From the NCBI RefSeq assembly GCF_032062105.1, contig NW_026941129.1, positions 62,001 to 126,000 of the forward strand: 64,000 nt of DNA. The letters run 5' to 3'. The position numbers were made by a program, and so were the translations under genes. The stretch's first letter is position 1, and each line of letters starts with the position of its first letter. Source of the DNA: Saccostrea cucullata (Eukaryota). Under the pieces are notes generated by a model. That model was not told where the DNA came from, did not search any database, and worked only from the letters and a program-made list of their open reading frames with translations. Of the stretch, positions 23,515 through 36,669 are shown in pieces.

Positions 23515-25008
23515 CTAGTCCATCACACCTTCCAGATACCCAACATATTGTCCCGATGGTTCTGGGAAAGTGTCTCTGATCCGCCATACACAACAGCTAG
23601 GGATGACTTTTCTGTTGCCTGCCCCAAGTTTGCCATGGACCCACATGATGAACTGTCTGTAGGCAGCATACCTCCGAGATCTGTTGATGTTTTCATCTCT
23701 CGGCTCAGCTAGTACATCATTGTAGTACCTCAAGGCAACTTCAAGAACAAGTTCATCAAGAACCACTGTGTAGAAATCCTGAAAATATATATAGATCTAT
23801 GGTAACATACAATTCGCTTTGATTTTTTAATTTCCCTGCCAGGTTCAAATGCAGTAATTCTAAAAAAAAAAATGTATGCTTACTGGTAGCCTTGACTGAC
23901 AATTCTGCCTTGTTTTGCCACAGCACACTTTTTCTCTGTCAGTGGGCATCTCCCTGCAATAAGTGCAGATGCACCAGCTTGGTGCAGTCCTGCTCTCAGA
24001 ACCTGGTTGTTCTGGTCCACCACCCTCCAGTGTTTCCATTATGTCGAGCATAAATGAGGGTTGCTTTGAACAAACTAGTCTGAGGACTGTTCTTAATTCC
24101 TCAGTGTCCATCGATGAAATGCATTCCTAAAATATTTTATAAAATATTTAGTAATTTTATATATAATATGTATTTATACATTTATTTATAATGATATAAA
24201 TATTGAAATAAAGTTATAATATTACTTACTTCTATATGTGTTTGCCTCTCCTGTCTGGCTCTGATGGCTAATTGTTGCCTATTTGGCCCCTGGTGTGCAT
24301 TCCCACCACGCCTCCCTCTCCTGGCACCAACACGTCCACGCCCTCTGTTTCGACCTCTGAGTGCCTGTTACAATTTGTGTTAAAGTAGCAGTAATATTTC
24401 TTCAATAATATGTAATATGCTTAGTGAAAATTAAAATTTCAATGGACACCACACTTGATAAGGTAAATATACATACAGCTGTAAGACCCCGTCTTGATCT
24501 ATTTCCTCTTCCTCTTGTATTTGGCTCTGGCAAGTACTCTGACGATGAACTATTAAATTCAACATCGCTTCTAGATCTATTTGAGTCCTTTAAAAAAAGA
24601 AATAGAATAACCATAATATATTTTCTGCAAAATCATTACAATATCAAAATATTTAATATCCTTTATGTATTTTTTAACTCTTTAGTAGGTAAAATGTGTC
24701 ATATCTGTGTAAAGGCATCATATACATATCCATATTTTATGGGTTAAAATCATTAAATTGGTAAATATTCCCAAAATACGAATTTTTCTAGCTATTCATA
24801 TGGATTACAAAAAACCCCTCTCTGGTACCTCATTATATGTAAATGAAGCAGGTTGCAAGATTCTGACCAGTTCTTATTTTAAGAATGTTTAATACTAAAT
24901 TTTCATTTATATTTACAGTATATTACATTGTTTTAGCTTGCAAGTTATTCAGTTAACTCAAAAATATTACACACAAAGACAAAGCAGCCTTCTTACCTCA
25001 GATTCCAT
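23515..25008 (-). CDS. KolX-like accessory protein with P2X7 cytoplasmic-ballast-like Zn/Cys domain, 5 exons, ~254 aa
   Basis: Exons 24997-25008, 24477-24587, 24230-24364, 23884-24126, 23515-23778 (765 nt, all phase 0). RG-rich N-terminus; [19 protein letters not shown]; [44 protein letters not shown]. Confidence 0.85.
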
Positions 25009-26654
25009 CTTCGTCTGACCTCGTTATCAGCATCCCGCTTACACTCGGGAATAATCGGCTCGTGTGTCCGAGAGATAATGAAGGCAATGGTCAGTTCAAA
25101 AACGCACTCAGCAGGAATGCAATTAACAGCTTTCTTTTGTTTACCATGCTGCATTTTCTTCACAGAATCTTGGTATTATCTTAGTTTAACAAGTAGGTGA
25201 ATGTTTCAGAACAGATTAGCATGCAAAATTTTACCGTCAGTTATAGCTAACATGGCTTTAATGAGACCGGTGTCAGATGTTCATCTAATTTGAACAATTT
25301 ATAAATAATTAGATATTGTCAATAAATAAATAAGATAAATCAACTTTTAAATGTTACACATGATAGTTATAAAAACGACATTTTTTGTAACTCGTTCTAA
25401 GATGAAAACTTTTATTATATATATACAATCAATTTTCTGAAAACAAATTACACGGCGCGGGATTGGAGTGCGCCCAGCATTATTTTAAAGTTTAATTGAT
25501 AAGCTGCAAATTGAATGAAAAGATCTGTAAAATTTGCTGTTTAGGATAAATAACTCAGCACTGAGATCAGAAATGAAGTATTTCTTTGAATGAAAAGCTT
25601 AACTTCTCTGGAGTTCGTATAATTCTCGGCAATGTTTTCATTGATAAGGCGGCGAGCGTAGCGTAGATACACGGTTTTTCCGGGAGGGAAGAGATAAGAT
25701 CTCCTTGATGATCTTACACAGATGTTTTTTTTTTTTAGGAAACAAGTGTAAAAAAGATTGTTCAACAAACTAAGACTGTGTGTTTTTATCTCAATGTAAT
25801 TATTTTAACAAGATTTATATTGATTAATGATAATAATTAAGGAAATCAAAGTAGAATGGTTGTACTTAATGTTAGTTGTGGAATGACTAAAATATGACAT
25901 TTATAATTCGTATAAAGCAACATAGTTTATTATTTATTAAGATATGTTATACTAGAACTTTTTTCTTATACTGGATATCTTCGATTTTATTTTCAAAACA
26001 AATTCAGAAAAAAATAATCGGAATAGTAAATTCGAAATTCTTCCACATATGACAATAAAATAAAAAAAATGCTCGTGTTCCTTTACTTGTAAACAGTTAC
26101 AACAAATGGATAAATACATAGCAATGTAAAGAAAAAAATCAGGAAAATATACGTACTTGCACATCAGAGTTAAATTTTGAGCTCATCTTGTTTGTCAGTT
26201 GTTACCGATACCAGCTATTACATTTTGATAAGATTTTGATAGGTACATAATGCAGAAATAGGAAGACAAAACAAATACACGCCCTCAGAACCAGAATTTA
26301 TCTTCTTTTACTTTAAGCTGTACATTTCTAATGGCTAGCTCGCCAAGGCATTAGGTTATCTATCTTCATTCAGCGCAGGGGGTCGCGCAATCTTAATAAA
26401 ATATCACTGAAACAGGTTAACATCATCATGGAGTTTTTAAATTTAGACGGATTTCAATATTTTCATCTGTATACTTATCAGTATGTAACTAGATACTCTG
26501 GAGCTTTTAAAAAAATATCTCTTCATTCGAGAACTTAGAATCAGTTATCTTTACTCCGGATTCAAGAAGTGGCAGGAATTGAGGCGTAGTAATTCGGTTG
26601 ATTTTTTTTTTCATGGAAACACGGTGTTTGGGGATTTTTATAAACGTGTAAACC

Positions 26655-29600
26655 ATGGATCAAAAGCCACCTCGTCCCCGTACATTGCAGTTGTCGCCCG
26701 TGACGGCAAAGAAAGCGCCTCGTTCTGGGCGACATAGAAAACATGGCTCCTCGCGACAACGAAACGCAACAGAACTGAAAATCCTCGCAAATAACATCCG
26801 TGGAATTATAGAGGACATATCTTTTCAGAATAGTGAACAGTCCAGGGAGAACGTTCTTCGTCGATCTTACATTGGAATTAGCAGAAGTGCCGCTGCTTAT
26901 GGGGAACAATCCGAACCTCTATTTTCCAGGCGGAATATTGTCTCGGCATTTTACGGAGAAAACCGCTCTGGAGATGGTGTCACGAGAGAAACGGCGATGC
27001 AGATGTCAAATCGGATTGCAAAAACGGAAAGATACGACAGTAGACTACAGCAAGAAGGTAAAACAGACAAACGTCAGTCGTGTCCTTGGGATCTTTCGTA
27101 TTTTGACCAACATGGCGACAATAGGTCTCTACAAATCCTGGCTTCGGAGATCAACCATCTCCGAGAAATCCGAGAGAACGAGGTGCGAGATTTACTGACA
27201 GTGAACAACAAACTCCAACATGACTTGCTTGACGCCGATCGCGATATCTGTGCCTTGCAGGAGAAAAACTTTCAGTGTAACAAGAGACTGGAAGATATGT
27301 TACGTGTTTATGAAAGAATACGTGAGAATCTGAAGCAATGTTTAACCAAAGTCAAAGACCTTGAGAGCCTTGGAAAATTTACACCTCTCAACTCGGATGA
27401 CGAGTCTGCCTCCCGGTATACATGTATTAATAGATGTTTTAGTGTGTTGATAAAATCTTAATGCATGTAAAGTGTGTTTACTATTTTGTGTTTTAAACAC
27501 CTATATGCCAGATTAAAAACTCACATTTTTTAAAAATGTATTTTGTTTATTTCATTTAACCTGTTATTCATATAACTAATTATTGGTAATAGTACAAAAA
27601 TTTAAGTCTAGTATATATAGTTCATATATACAGTATTATAATTTTCAACAGTCTTGAGTTTTTCGAATGTATATAATGGTGATGTACATGTACAAAAAAT
27701 TAAGCCTAGTATATATAGTTCATATATACAATATTATAATTTTCAACAGTCTTGAGTTTTTCGAATGTATATAATAGTGATGTTAGTGTTAAATGCATTC
27801 CCTAATTAATTCCATATATTTTACTTTAATGTTATAAAGGACCCAGAAAGGAGATTCATATACATGTAACTTATTGATGGTAATAGTACATGTACAAAAA
27901 AATTAAGCCTAGTATATATAGTTCATATATACAATATTACAATTTTCAACAGTCTTGAGTTTTTCGAATGTTTATAATGGTGATGTTAGTGTTAAATGCA
28001 TTCCCTAATTAATTCCATATATTTTACTTTAATGTTATAAAGGACCCAGAAAGGAGATGACCACTCAGCCGACCAGGCCAGTATGTCCTCGGGATTCAAC
28101 ACTTTATCGGACATGTCCGAAAGTCTCCCATTGGACACGGTGGCTATGGGATACGAAGGTATATAATTTTGAATTAAGGAAAAATAATCTATTAACAGTT
28201 GACCAGTTTACATATTACTTAATGATTTACATTGAAATCTCTCTTGTTTGACTCAGTTTAATGAATGGTGTACATACAGACACATGTACATGTATACATT
28301 TTCATAAAGTAAGCGTGCCTATCCGGGTACATGTACAGAGAGCAATAGTAGGTTAAGAAAAAATAATTTCCAAAAAAATATGAAGTCTTTCAAAATCTTC
28401 AACTTTATGTTCATTCAAAAGATTATATCAGGATTAAGGGGGGTGTTGGAGAGTGGAAAGTAGTGGGGCTTTGCGGGAAAAAGTGTTCTCTCCTAAACAT
28501 CAATTCCTTTTAAATTATGATAACATTCTTTATGTTAGCTTCCAAAGCCAAAAAATGACTTTTCACTCATTTCGCTATGTACAGGTGATGGAGAAAATTC
28601 GACCTGTGAGAGACGCCGTGTCGGCCTGTCTGATATGAACGAGCTCCTGAGGGACATCGACTCCATCAGTCTCGACAGTCGCAGCACCGGATGTGGGGGC
28701 TCTCCCCCGGAAGTGAACAATGGAGCATCTCCACATCCGGAACGTAAACTTTTGGCGAGACTTCATGAAGACGTAAACTCACTGTCGCAGATTAATAGGG
28801 ACCAATCCCAGGTAACGGCCATTCCACTTCAATTGAGATTCCGCGTCCGCTCTTCTCATACTTTTTGCATTGCTTCGGATGTACATGTACATTAATGTGT
28901 AAATCACTTTATATACAAATACAAAATGTACTAGGTACATATGCACCAGTATACATTGTAAATATAGAATGCTAAACAGAGCTTACAGTTAACACACTAA
29001 ATAAATACCGTCGACCAGTATTCAGCATTTCAATTTGTAAATTACCATCAAAAGTGTTTTCAAATTTTGTTTATAGGAAATTGAGCGTCTGCGTTCGGAT
29101 CTGACTTCCTGTCGTAAACACATGAGTTCCTCACAGTTTCAGCTAGAGGCTGTGGAAATCGAATGTAGTCGTTTACTAGCAATGGAAGACCAAATAGCCT
29201 CTGTTATAACTCTGCTCCAGAGGGCAAAGGATGTGGTCTGTAAATTAAAAAATCTGACGAATTCTTTATATCTCAGTGACTTTGATTAATATCTTTACTT
29301 AATTTTAAGAGGTATAGAGTAATGCCTTTATTTATCTCAAATTTTAAAATTCATTTTAGCATCTACATAGACAGATTTTGGGGGACATTATCTTCAATGT
29401 TGTAACGTCGTCCGTGTCCCTTTCTAGCGGATCATCAGGTTATATATTTTAGTTGTTTTATTCTAAACAGGATACAAAAAAACTAAATTTTGAAAGAAAT
29501 AGTTGAAAAAAGATATGTAAGTGCATTTAAAATGCCTTTCAACTTCTTTACAGGAATCCCAGCTGATGTGTTTTTGCGAGAGCTTCAGGAAAGATTATCA

Positions 29601-29957
29601 ATGCACCCTCAGCTGGCACTCTCGGAATTGCACGATCCAATCGAAAACAAGAAAATGCCATCTTCCATTGGTAAAGAACATAGTGCGCATGCTCTGCCCA
29701 AGAAACGTCCAGGTAGTGGAGACAGCAAACGTTTTGGGGCCGTATTTTCGGATCTTTCCCTCTCCCAACCTGTTTTAGAGTTTGGAAAGCCGACAGAGAG
29801 AAGACTAAATGTCGTCGACTCGAAACCAAAGACTTCGGATAAGAAAGACATGCTTGAGGCACTTAAATTTATTGACGATGAAGAGGACCAGCTCAGCGAA
29901 GCTGAGTCATTTCACAGTGTCGGTAAACACTTAGTGGGGGATTTTGAAAAGAATTGA
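26655..29957 (+). CDS. Uncharacterised coiled-coil protein, 6 exons
   Basis: Exons 26655-27415, 28043-28158, 28585-28811, 29077-29235, 29360-29438, 29554-29957 are phase-consistent; heptad-rich segments (LASEINHLREIRENEVRDLL..., LHEDVNSLSQINRDQSQEIERLRSDL...). Confidence 0.75.
27583..28058 (+). repeat. Intronic tandem duplication including a splice acceptor
   Basis: A ~100-bp unit (aattaagcctagtatatatagttcatatatac...tttttcgaatg) occurs three times; 'ttataaag|gacccagaaaggagat' occurs at ~27832-27855 and ~28035-28058. Confidence 0.8.
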
Positions 29958-31151
29958 CAAAGCCATTGGTTGGAATTGAAAACAGTATTGGTGCACCGAT
30001 GTTTAAATTTTATTCACACCTTAGGAACAAAGAAAAATATAGTTACATATTTAAAAAAAAAATAGGCGAAATATCAGTTCATGTATGTGTTATCTTTTAA
30101 TTATTTCATAGATTTAGATTCAGTATAGAGTAGAAGGAATAGAAGATACAAGGACATTATTTCTACTGCCCTTTTAATCACATTCATATTTAATCATTTC
30201 GTATACTAATATGTCTTCTGTGAATTTCAAGGAAAACAATTTTCTCTTTTTATTAAACTCAGTAAAAGGATCAAATTATGAGAATCCATCATAATCAAAC
30301 GTTTAGTAGAACAGTATTGTACACGTTTACAAAGAAAACAAAACGAATTGTATTGTTAGAAATTGTTTGCTGTTTTCTTTGGACTAGTAAATTCTAACTT
30401 TTGAAATGTCATAATTGCTGGACATTTTAGATCAATTTAAGGGTGGTATTTAAAATATGAATTGCAGAGTAACAAAAAGTAAATATTTTTGTTCGGAGCC
30501 TTATCGATCAAAAAAAAAATTTAGTACAAAGCAATAGGTTTATACAGAACTATTTAAGACACAAGTCCAATAAAAAAGTATATGTACTAAATGTGAACTT
30601 AGTCCGAGCCTTAATGGTGTTACATGTATCATCAGCATTCTAGTTTTAAATCATAATGTTCTTATTCTCAGGTGTTGTTTTTATAATAAAAAGCTTCCAG
30701 TTTAAAATCCCTCGTATGAAGATGAAAATTAATGAACATTATTGGCTAATCAGGAAGGATAAGGGGATGTGACATTGTAATGTGTATAATTGAATTATAC
30801 ATGTGGGTTTTGGAGTTCTGTCTAATGAAAAAAATTATGTCTACACTTTTTAAATTATATTGGTAGTATCATCGAGATTTTAATAAAGAATGCGTTGACC
30901 TAAGGCTTAATTATTATTATTATAACTTATTTTCAAACCAACTTTCCTTTCTCGATGAAATGATTTTTATAGCAGGTGTCCATCTTGTTATTATGGGACT
31001 ATGTTACAATAGAGTTAAGTAGACAAAAATAATTATAAGTGAAAGCTAACAACAACCTATATGTTCATGTATCCCTACTTTATTTCTGTAATCAATTATG
31101 CACAAGTTAAAATAAAGCTATAACATTAAAACTGTGGTGTTCTACTCATAG

Positions 31152-32266
31152 TTAATTAATTTTGTATCCAGAGAAGTAATTGAAAAGGCCTCCATTAATA
31201 AATTTTGCCTTAACATGATTTTTGATCCACACCCTGTTTCCTTTCTTTAGCTCGGTAACAAAGTGACCCGTTGTAGAGATGTAGTCGGCTTGTTGATTCA
31301 CAATGCAGGTTCGAACACGTTCTTTACCATCAACCATAAGATAAGGATAAACAGTTCCACCCTTTAAGGACACGAATAACCAATCTAAAGAGTAAAGACC
31401 ATCCACCGGTGCTGTAAAAATCCCTGTTTTCGGATCGTATCCTTTGCCCTTGTTCAACTGGACGTTGTCAAATTTTATGACCGTGTTTGCAGGAACATTA
31501 TTGAGATGATTTTTGAAATTGGCATGAAAGGCGATTATCTCGGCAAAAGGAGCTAAATTAAATATAATCTCTGTTATCAAAACTACACAAACATGCACAT
31601 TAAACGCAAAATCAAAGTCAATTAAAGACAATAGACTATTTTCTTCGAATTATTATCATTATGTGCTGTGATAATGCATCTACATAAATAATATTGACTA
31701 AAAATGAAAAGTAAATTAAAATATTATATCATAACTATTATCTTATTTAACTTGGTTGTAATTTTTAATCAAAAGAGTGAAGCCTTTCCTGTAAATATAT
31801 CAATTTTAAATATCCATGCATTATACACAAAAAGTCTTTAAAACAAATTCAAGTAATTGTGAAAGCTTAAAAACCGCAGAAATTCAAATTTGCAAAGGTC
31901 AGAATTCTGCTTTTTTTTAATGTAAAATATAATTTATAATCGAAACCACCGGCCAATTTACTTAAACAAGTGACGCATATACATGTACTATATGTTCCGT
32001 GCTTAATATATGTAAAAACTAATGAAATTGTATCTTAGTCTAATAACTGAATGTTGATAATATTCTGTTAGTTAATTGTTGATTAATATGCTATCGGGAA
32101 AAAAAAAAAACCTTAGTACTATACCTTTCCTTTCTTTACAAGTTAGTCGTTGACAAACTTTCATGTAACTGTCGTAGTCTTTGATGAATGCAGTTGGAGG
32201 GGATGGATCGGCCAAGGAACTGGTCAGCAACAGGACAAGAACGTTCACAAAAAAGATAGATATCAT
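31152..32266 (-). CDS. Secreted globular-head C1q domain-containing protein
   Basis: Exon 32125-32266 (signal peptide MISIFFVNVLVLLLTSSLA) and exon 31152-31552 (IAFHA...IKFDNVQLNKGKGYDPKTGIFTAPVDGLY...ELKKGNRVWI...FSGYKI); phase-1 intron; no collagen repeat. Confidence 0.92.
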
Positions 32267-32475
32267 CCTGTAATTAAATATTTTTTAAGGTCTAAGGACA
32301 CGCTTCTCAAATATATGTGTTGCATTTCTTCATTGTTTAATTATACAAATTATTCATAATTATCATGATACTCTTGTAATTTTTTTTCTCTAAACAGTTT
32401 TAAGAGGGCTGGGTGGTTGTGATCATTTTTAGACTGTGTTGACCTCCTCCAGAAGAAGGGGGGGGGGGGGTCAAC

Positions 32476-32596
32476 ATTACCGCTACATGTACATTGCCAA
32501 AAATTTCAACTCATTACCGCTACATATTTTTCTCAAATTTTTTACCGATCATTACCGCTACATTTTTTTTACCAAAACAACTCATTATCGCTACAT
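32476..32596. repeat. Four copies of cattaccgctacat motif
   Basis: Motif repeated at ~35-bp intervals after a poly-G run; resembles a transposon subterminal array. Confidence 0.5.
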
Positions 32597-33587
32597 AATG
32601 AATCATCGATTTATTTTATTTTCAAAATGAGGAAAATAATTACATGGCAAAGTCTAGATCCCTATTTAAACAGTATTAAATTGGGAATCGCACCTTTGAT
32701 CAAGATACATGAATGATCTTTCATTTATTTCTGGATAATATTCTTTTCTTTTTTCTGGAAACATTTTAAATTTGGAAAATGCAATTGTCCGCAAATACAA
32801 GACATATGCAGGCCTTTTTAAGTATCGTCAGTCCAAAACTTCAAACTCTTTTCTATTAAGTATTGGATACAAAATTAAAAAAAAAATCCATCATTCCCCT
32901 TCGAGTTTCAGCTCCCTTATTCCAAAGGTTTCACCTTTGTAGACATGTATATATGAATGAAGAAAAAATTTTAAAATACTTACATGATTGTTTCTTTTAC
33001 TAGTATCTCAAATTTTACATTGCATCGTCTATTAAATTAATAGGGTTTTTATATAGAAAAACTGAAACAGACAGGTGTTTTATGACAGGATCTTTTTTCT
33101 CTTAATGTTCAAATCATGTCACACACGTTGTATCATATTACTGATCAATTTAATATCTATATCTCATGATTATATATATTTTATCGCAAACTTGTTCTGG
33201 AATCACGAATACGCATCAGACCGTATTCTAGCTAGCTTTTGCAGCTTACCTGAGCCGAAGACTCAATTGACCTTACAAAATAGAAACATGACAAACACGG
33301 ACCTCCAAAACAGTAGAGGTAGTACATGTACATATGTCAGGTGTATAAACCTATAGGGTTAGCACAGACATATTATTTGAACGTTTAAGATTTAGACAAT
33401 AGACAATATTAATATCATAATCATCTTTAGTTATTAGTAGTGAAAGTAAAATGATATAAAGGATTATTAAAGAAAACGTTGGAGAATTTGGGGGGGTGGG
33501 GGGTGGAGGCTTTTACTGATTTGTATTGTACTTTTGAACGGATGTACCAACAATTAATAAGTCAATTACAAATTCTGATGTTGGAGA

Positions 33588-34845
33588 CAGGCTTGGGGCG
33601 AATTACATTGTAAAGTATGTAAAGTAATGCATTACATTACCATTACTTCAACAATTTTGGCATTAAATTACCATTACCATTACACTATTTTCCTAAAGTA
33701 ATGCATTACATTAATATTACTTTAGTAAAGTAATGCATCACCATTACCATTATTTTGGAGGTTTTTTAACATAGAAATTCATACGAAACTTTGCAATTTT
33801 TTTTCATAAGTATGTATCCACCCCCTTCAAAACTAAACAAAATAAATAATAATTCAAATTTGATTTCAAGTTTTTGTATATATTACATTGTCAATAACTT
33901 ATATTCACAGAAAGTTCAAACTTTTAAATTGTCTGTCATATAACACATGTACAATATCCACTTTTTGTTTAACTATTGATTTAACTATTGGGACACTTAA
34001 ACCCCTATAGCTGCCTAAAATATCTAATAATAAAGCATATAGGCTATTTTGATTAGTACCTTATGAAAAAAATTATTGCATTGACAAACTTTTCGAAAAA
34101 GTAAACAACTAGACTGTATATTTTGATCTGCTAATCATATAAAGCCTGCTTGTCTTTTATTTTCTTTGGTACAATGAAATTTTCATGGTCAGTACAAGCT
34201 AGACCAGCTTAATTAATGTTTTATATACATGTACACATTCAGGAGAAAGGGACTAGTAATTTGGAGCATTTCCCCAAACAATGGATTGTTTTAATTGTTA
34301 CATAACCCAGAGGCGTAGTGTGTTTTGATGATACTCTAGCTATTCAAAAAGGTGGCAATTATCACTGTACATTAATTAGTGTATCTCATATGTGATTTTT
34401 TTTAAAATATCTTTTATAACTATTTTATTTAATTCTTTGAAATCAATTCTTATCTGAAATAAGTTTGAAAACTTGAATGTAAGGTAAGTGTACTTTTAAC
34501 AGAATAAAATGTGTATTTAAAAAGATAAAGAAATGTTATTTAAATAGATTAACTTTTTTATTCCATTTTATCATTTGCCAAAAAATAAATAAAACATAAC
34601 CTAAACAATAATATCCATCATCCATCATCCATGTCCATTTTAATTTCTTAAAATAGGTTCATACAAAATAATGCTTAGTAATGCTGTGTAATGCCAGCAT
34701 TACACTGGATTTTATGAAGTAATGCATTACCATTACGATTACATGTAATGCAAATTTTTGGGTATTACACATTACTAGCATTACTTTGAGTTCATGTAAT
34801 GCATTGCAATGCATTACCATTACAATTAGCATTACCCCAAGCCTG
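33588..34845. mobile_element. Non-autonomous hAT-like element
   Basis: TIR CAGGCTTGGGG / CCCCAAGCCTG; 8-bp TSD gttggaga (33580-33587) / gttcgaga (34846-34853); dense subterminal GTAATG/CATTAC repeats. Confidence 0.85.
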
Positions 34846-35564
34846 GTTCGAGAACAAAAACTTTTTTTTAAATCGGACTTAACTATTGAACTCAAAATTT
34901 AAAACTACGGGATTTTACTTATTAACAAACACAGATATAATTTTGATAATTTTATTCATAATATAAATTCTGAAAACATTGTGTAAAATAAAGACAAAGT
35001 ATTGCCAATGTATAATTTATGGATTATATCTGAAAAAAAGGGAATGTTTGGGCATTGCAAAAAATTGTAATCATAGTGAGCGTGTACATTACATCTCACT
35101 ATCGCAATACTTGTGAATTGGCTGATATTTTACGTTGTAATAAATTGTACTTTTAACACGTAAACGGTATCTTATTATTTTATTTAATGTTTCCATTGGT
35201 TTGGATCAATGATCCTTTGATAAATCATTTAGAGAAATCTTATGCACGTTGAATTACGTGCTAATGTTTTGTATTAATTATCGTATTTTTTGTAATACAA
35301 AATCCACTTACATGAATTAGCATATAAAATAGTTGATATTAAGAGTTTTTTTTTGACATGCTTATTACGTTTTCGCAAATGCAGATTTTTCCGGATCCAT
35401 AGAAATTTTTGAATCCCTAATATTGGAAATTTTAGCAAAAATTCCAAGCTCTGTTTTGATAACAATGCACACTTTTATTTCCAAAAATAAATAAAATTCA
35501 AACAGTAGATAATGAATTATATATAAAGGGACACGTTTCTAGTCAAATCAGACTAAATTCAGTC

Positions 35565-36669
35565 ATGTTACGTACATTACTTGTGGTGTTCTCCCTTTTC
35601 TATTATGGAAATGCAGACATAGAAACTGTTTATAAAAATGTAGCGTTACATAAACCGGTGACTTTAAGTTCCTATCTGAACAACACACAATGGCCCGGAT
35701 CAAATGCTGTTAACGGAATCTTGAACGACCATGCCCATACATTTCACGACAAAAATCCTTATTTACGGATTGACCTCGAGAAAAATTACCACATATTTCA
35801 AATAGAGGTGTTTTCCAGACAACTTTGCTGTGGTAAGAAATATTGATTTTGTTCTGTTAATTTTGATTTTATTTAAGAGATACTATCTGTGTTTTGAAAG
35901 AAAAAAATTCAATGAGCTGTACTTTTTCATAACTTTGAACATTTAACAAATGAAAACATTCATTTGATTATTTTTAAATTATTTTTTATATAGTCCTAGA
36001 ACTTTAAAAGTATGTGTGTGGTGGGGGTTGGGGTATCCTGAGTTTTTATTCTTAAAAAAAGCTCGAAGACTTTCACCAACGACAAAATCATATATTTTAA
36101 ATAAACTATCTCTGAAGGTTACAAAAAGGAAATTATAAAAATGATTTATATTATCATTCAAATGAAAGAGATTTTGTACTTCTGCTTGAAATTTCTCCCA
36201 ATGTTCCTTCTTTTTTTGATTCCATGGCCTCCGATGATACCTATACATGTACATGTAAAATTGGAAATGATTGCATATAATCTAATCAAGATATCAATTT
36301 GATAAATGATGATGTATTAATTGCCTGGAAATATTGTTAAAAAATTGCTACAAATGTAACAATTTATATCCAGTTATATAGAAGAAAACCTGAGTTTCTT
36401 ATTCAAGCTTCATTACAAAACCGATCTGACATAATTATGTTTACCTTCTTTTTGTATTAGGCAATCAGCTTCATGATTTCGTCGTAAAAGTGGGCCGGAC
36501 ACTTGACGGTATGACTGTTTGTGGATATTATTCCGGATTTGCGAAGGACGCGGAGCGGATCGGAATTTATTGTCCCTATGCCATAGTGGGACGATACGTG
36601 GAGATTCAAATTATTGAAGGGTTCTCCAACATTCTGACGCCAGCTGAGGTTATTGTATGGGGAAAGTGA
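35565..36669 (+). CDS. F-type lectin (fucolectin-like), 2 exons
   Basis: Exon 35565-35832 (signal peptide; NVALHKPVTLSS...AVNG...HAHT...PYLRIDL...IEVFSRQLCC) and exon 36461-36669 (GNQLHDFVVKVG...CG...IYCP...GRYVEI...ILTPAEVIVWGK*); TATA at ~35520; AATAAA at ~36691. Confidence 0.9.

Larger units (their letters stand above)
19683..25257 (+). mobile_element. Full-length autonomous Kolobok DNA transposon
   Basis: TTAA TSD at 19679-19682 and 25258-25261; 25-bp TIR AGCCATGTTAGCTATAACT(C/G)ACGGT (24/25 match); encodes a transposase (+) and a convergent KolX-like gene (-). Confidence 0.92.

Noticed and set aside
23515-24111. Host P2X7 purinoceptor gene
   Set aside because: Only the ballast-like domain is present, with no channel domain, and it lies inside transposon TIRs.
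19683-25257. piggyBac or KolobokP assignment
   Set aside because: Termini are AG...CT rather than CC...GG, the transposase motifs are Kolobok-type, and no long terminal direct repeats are present.
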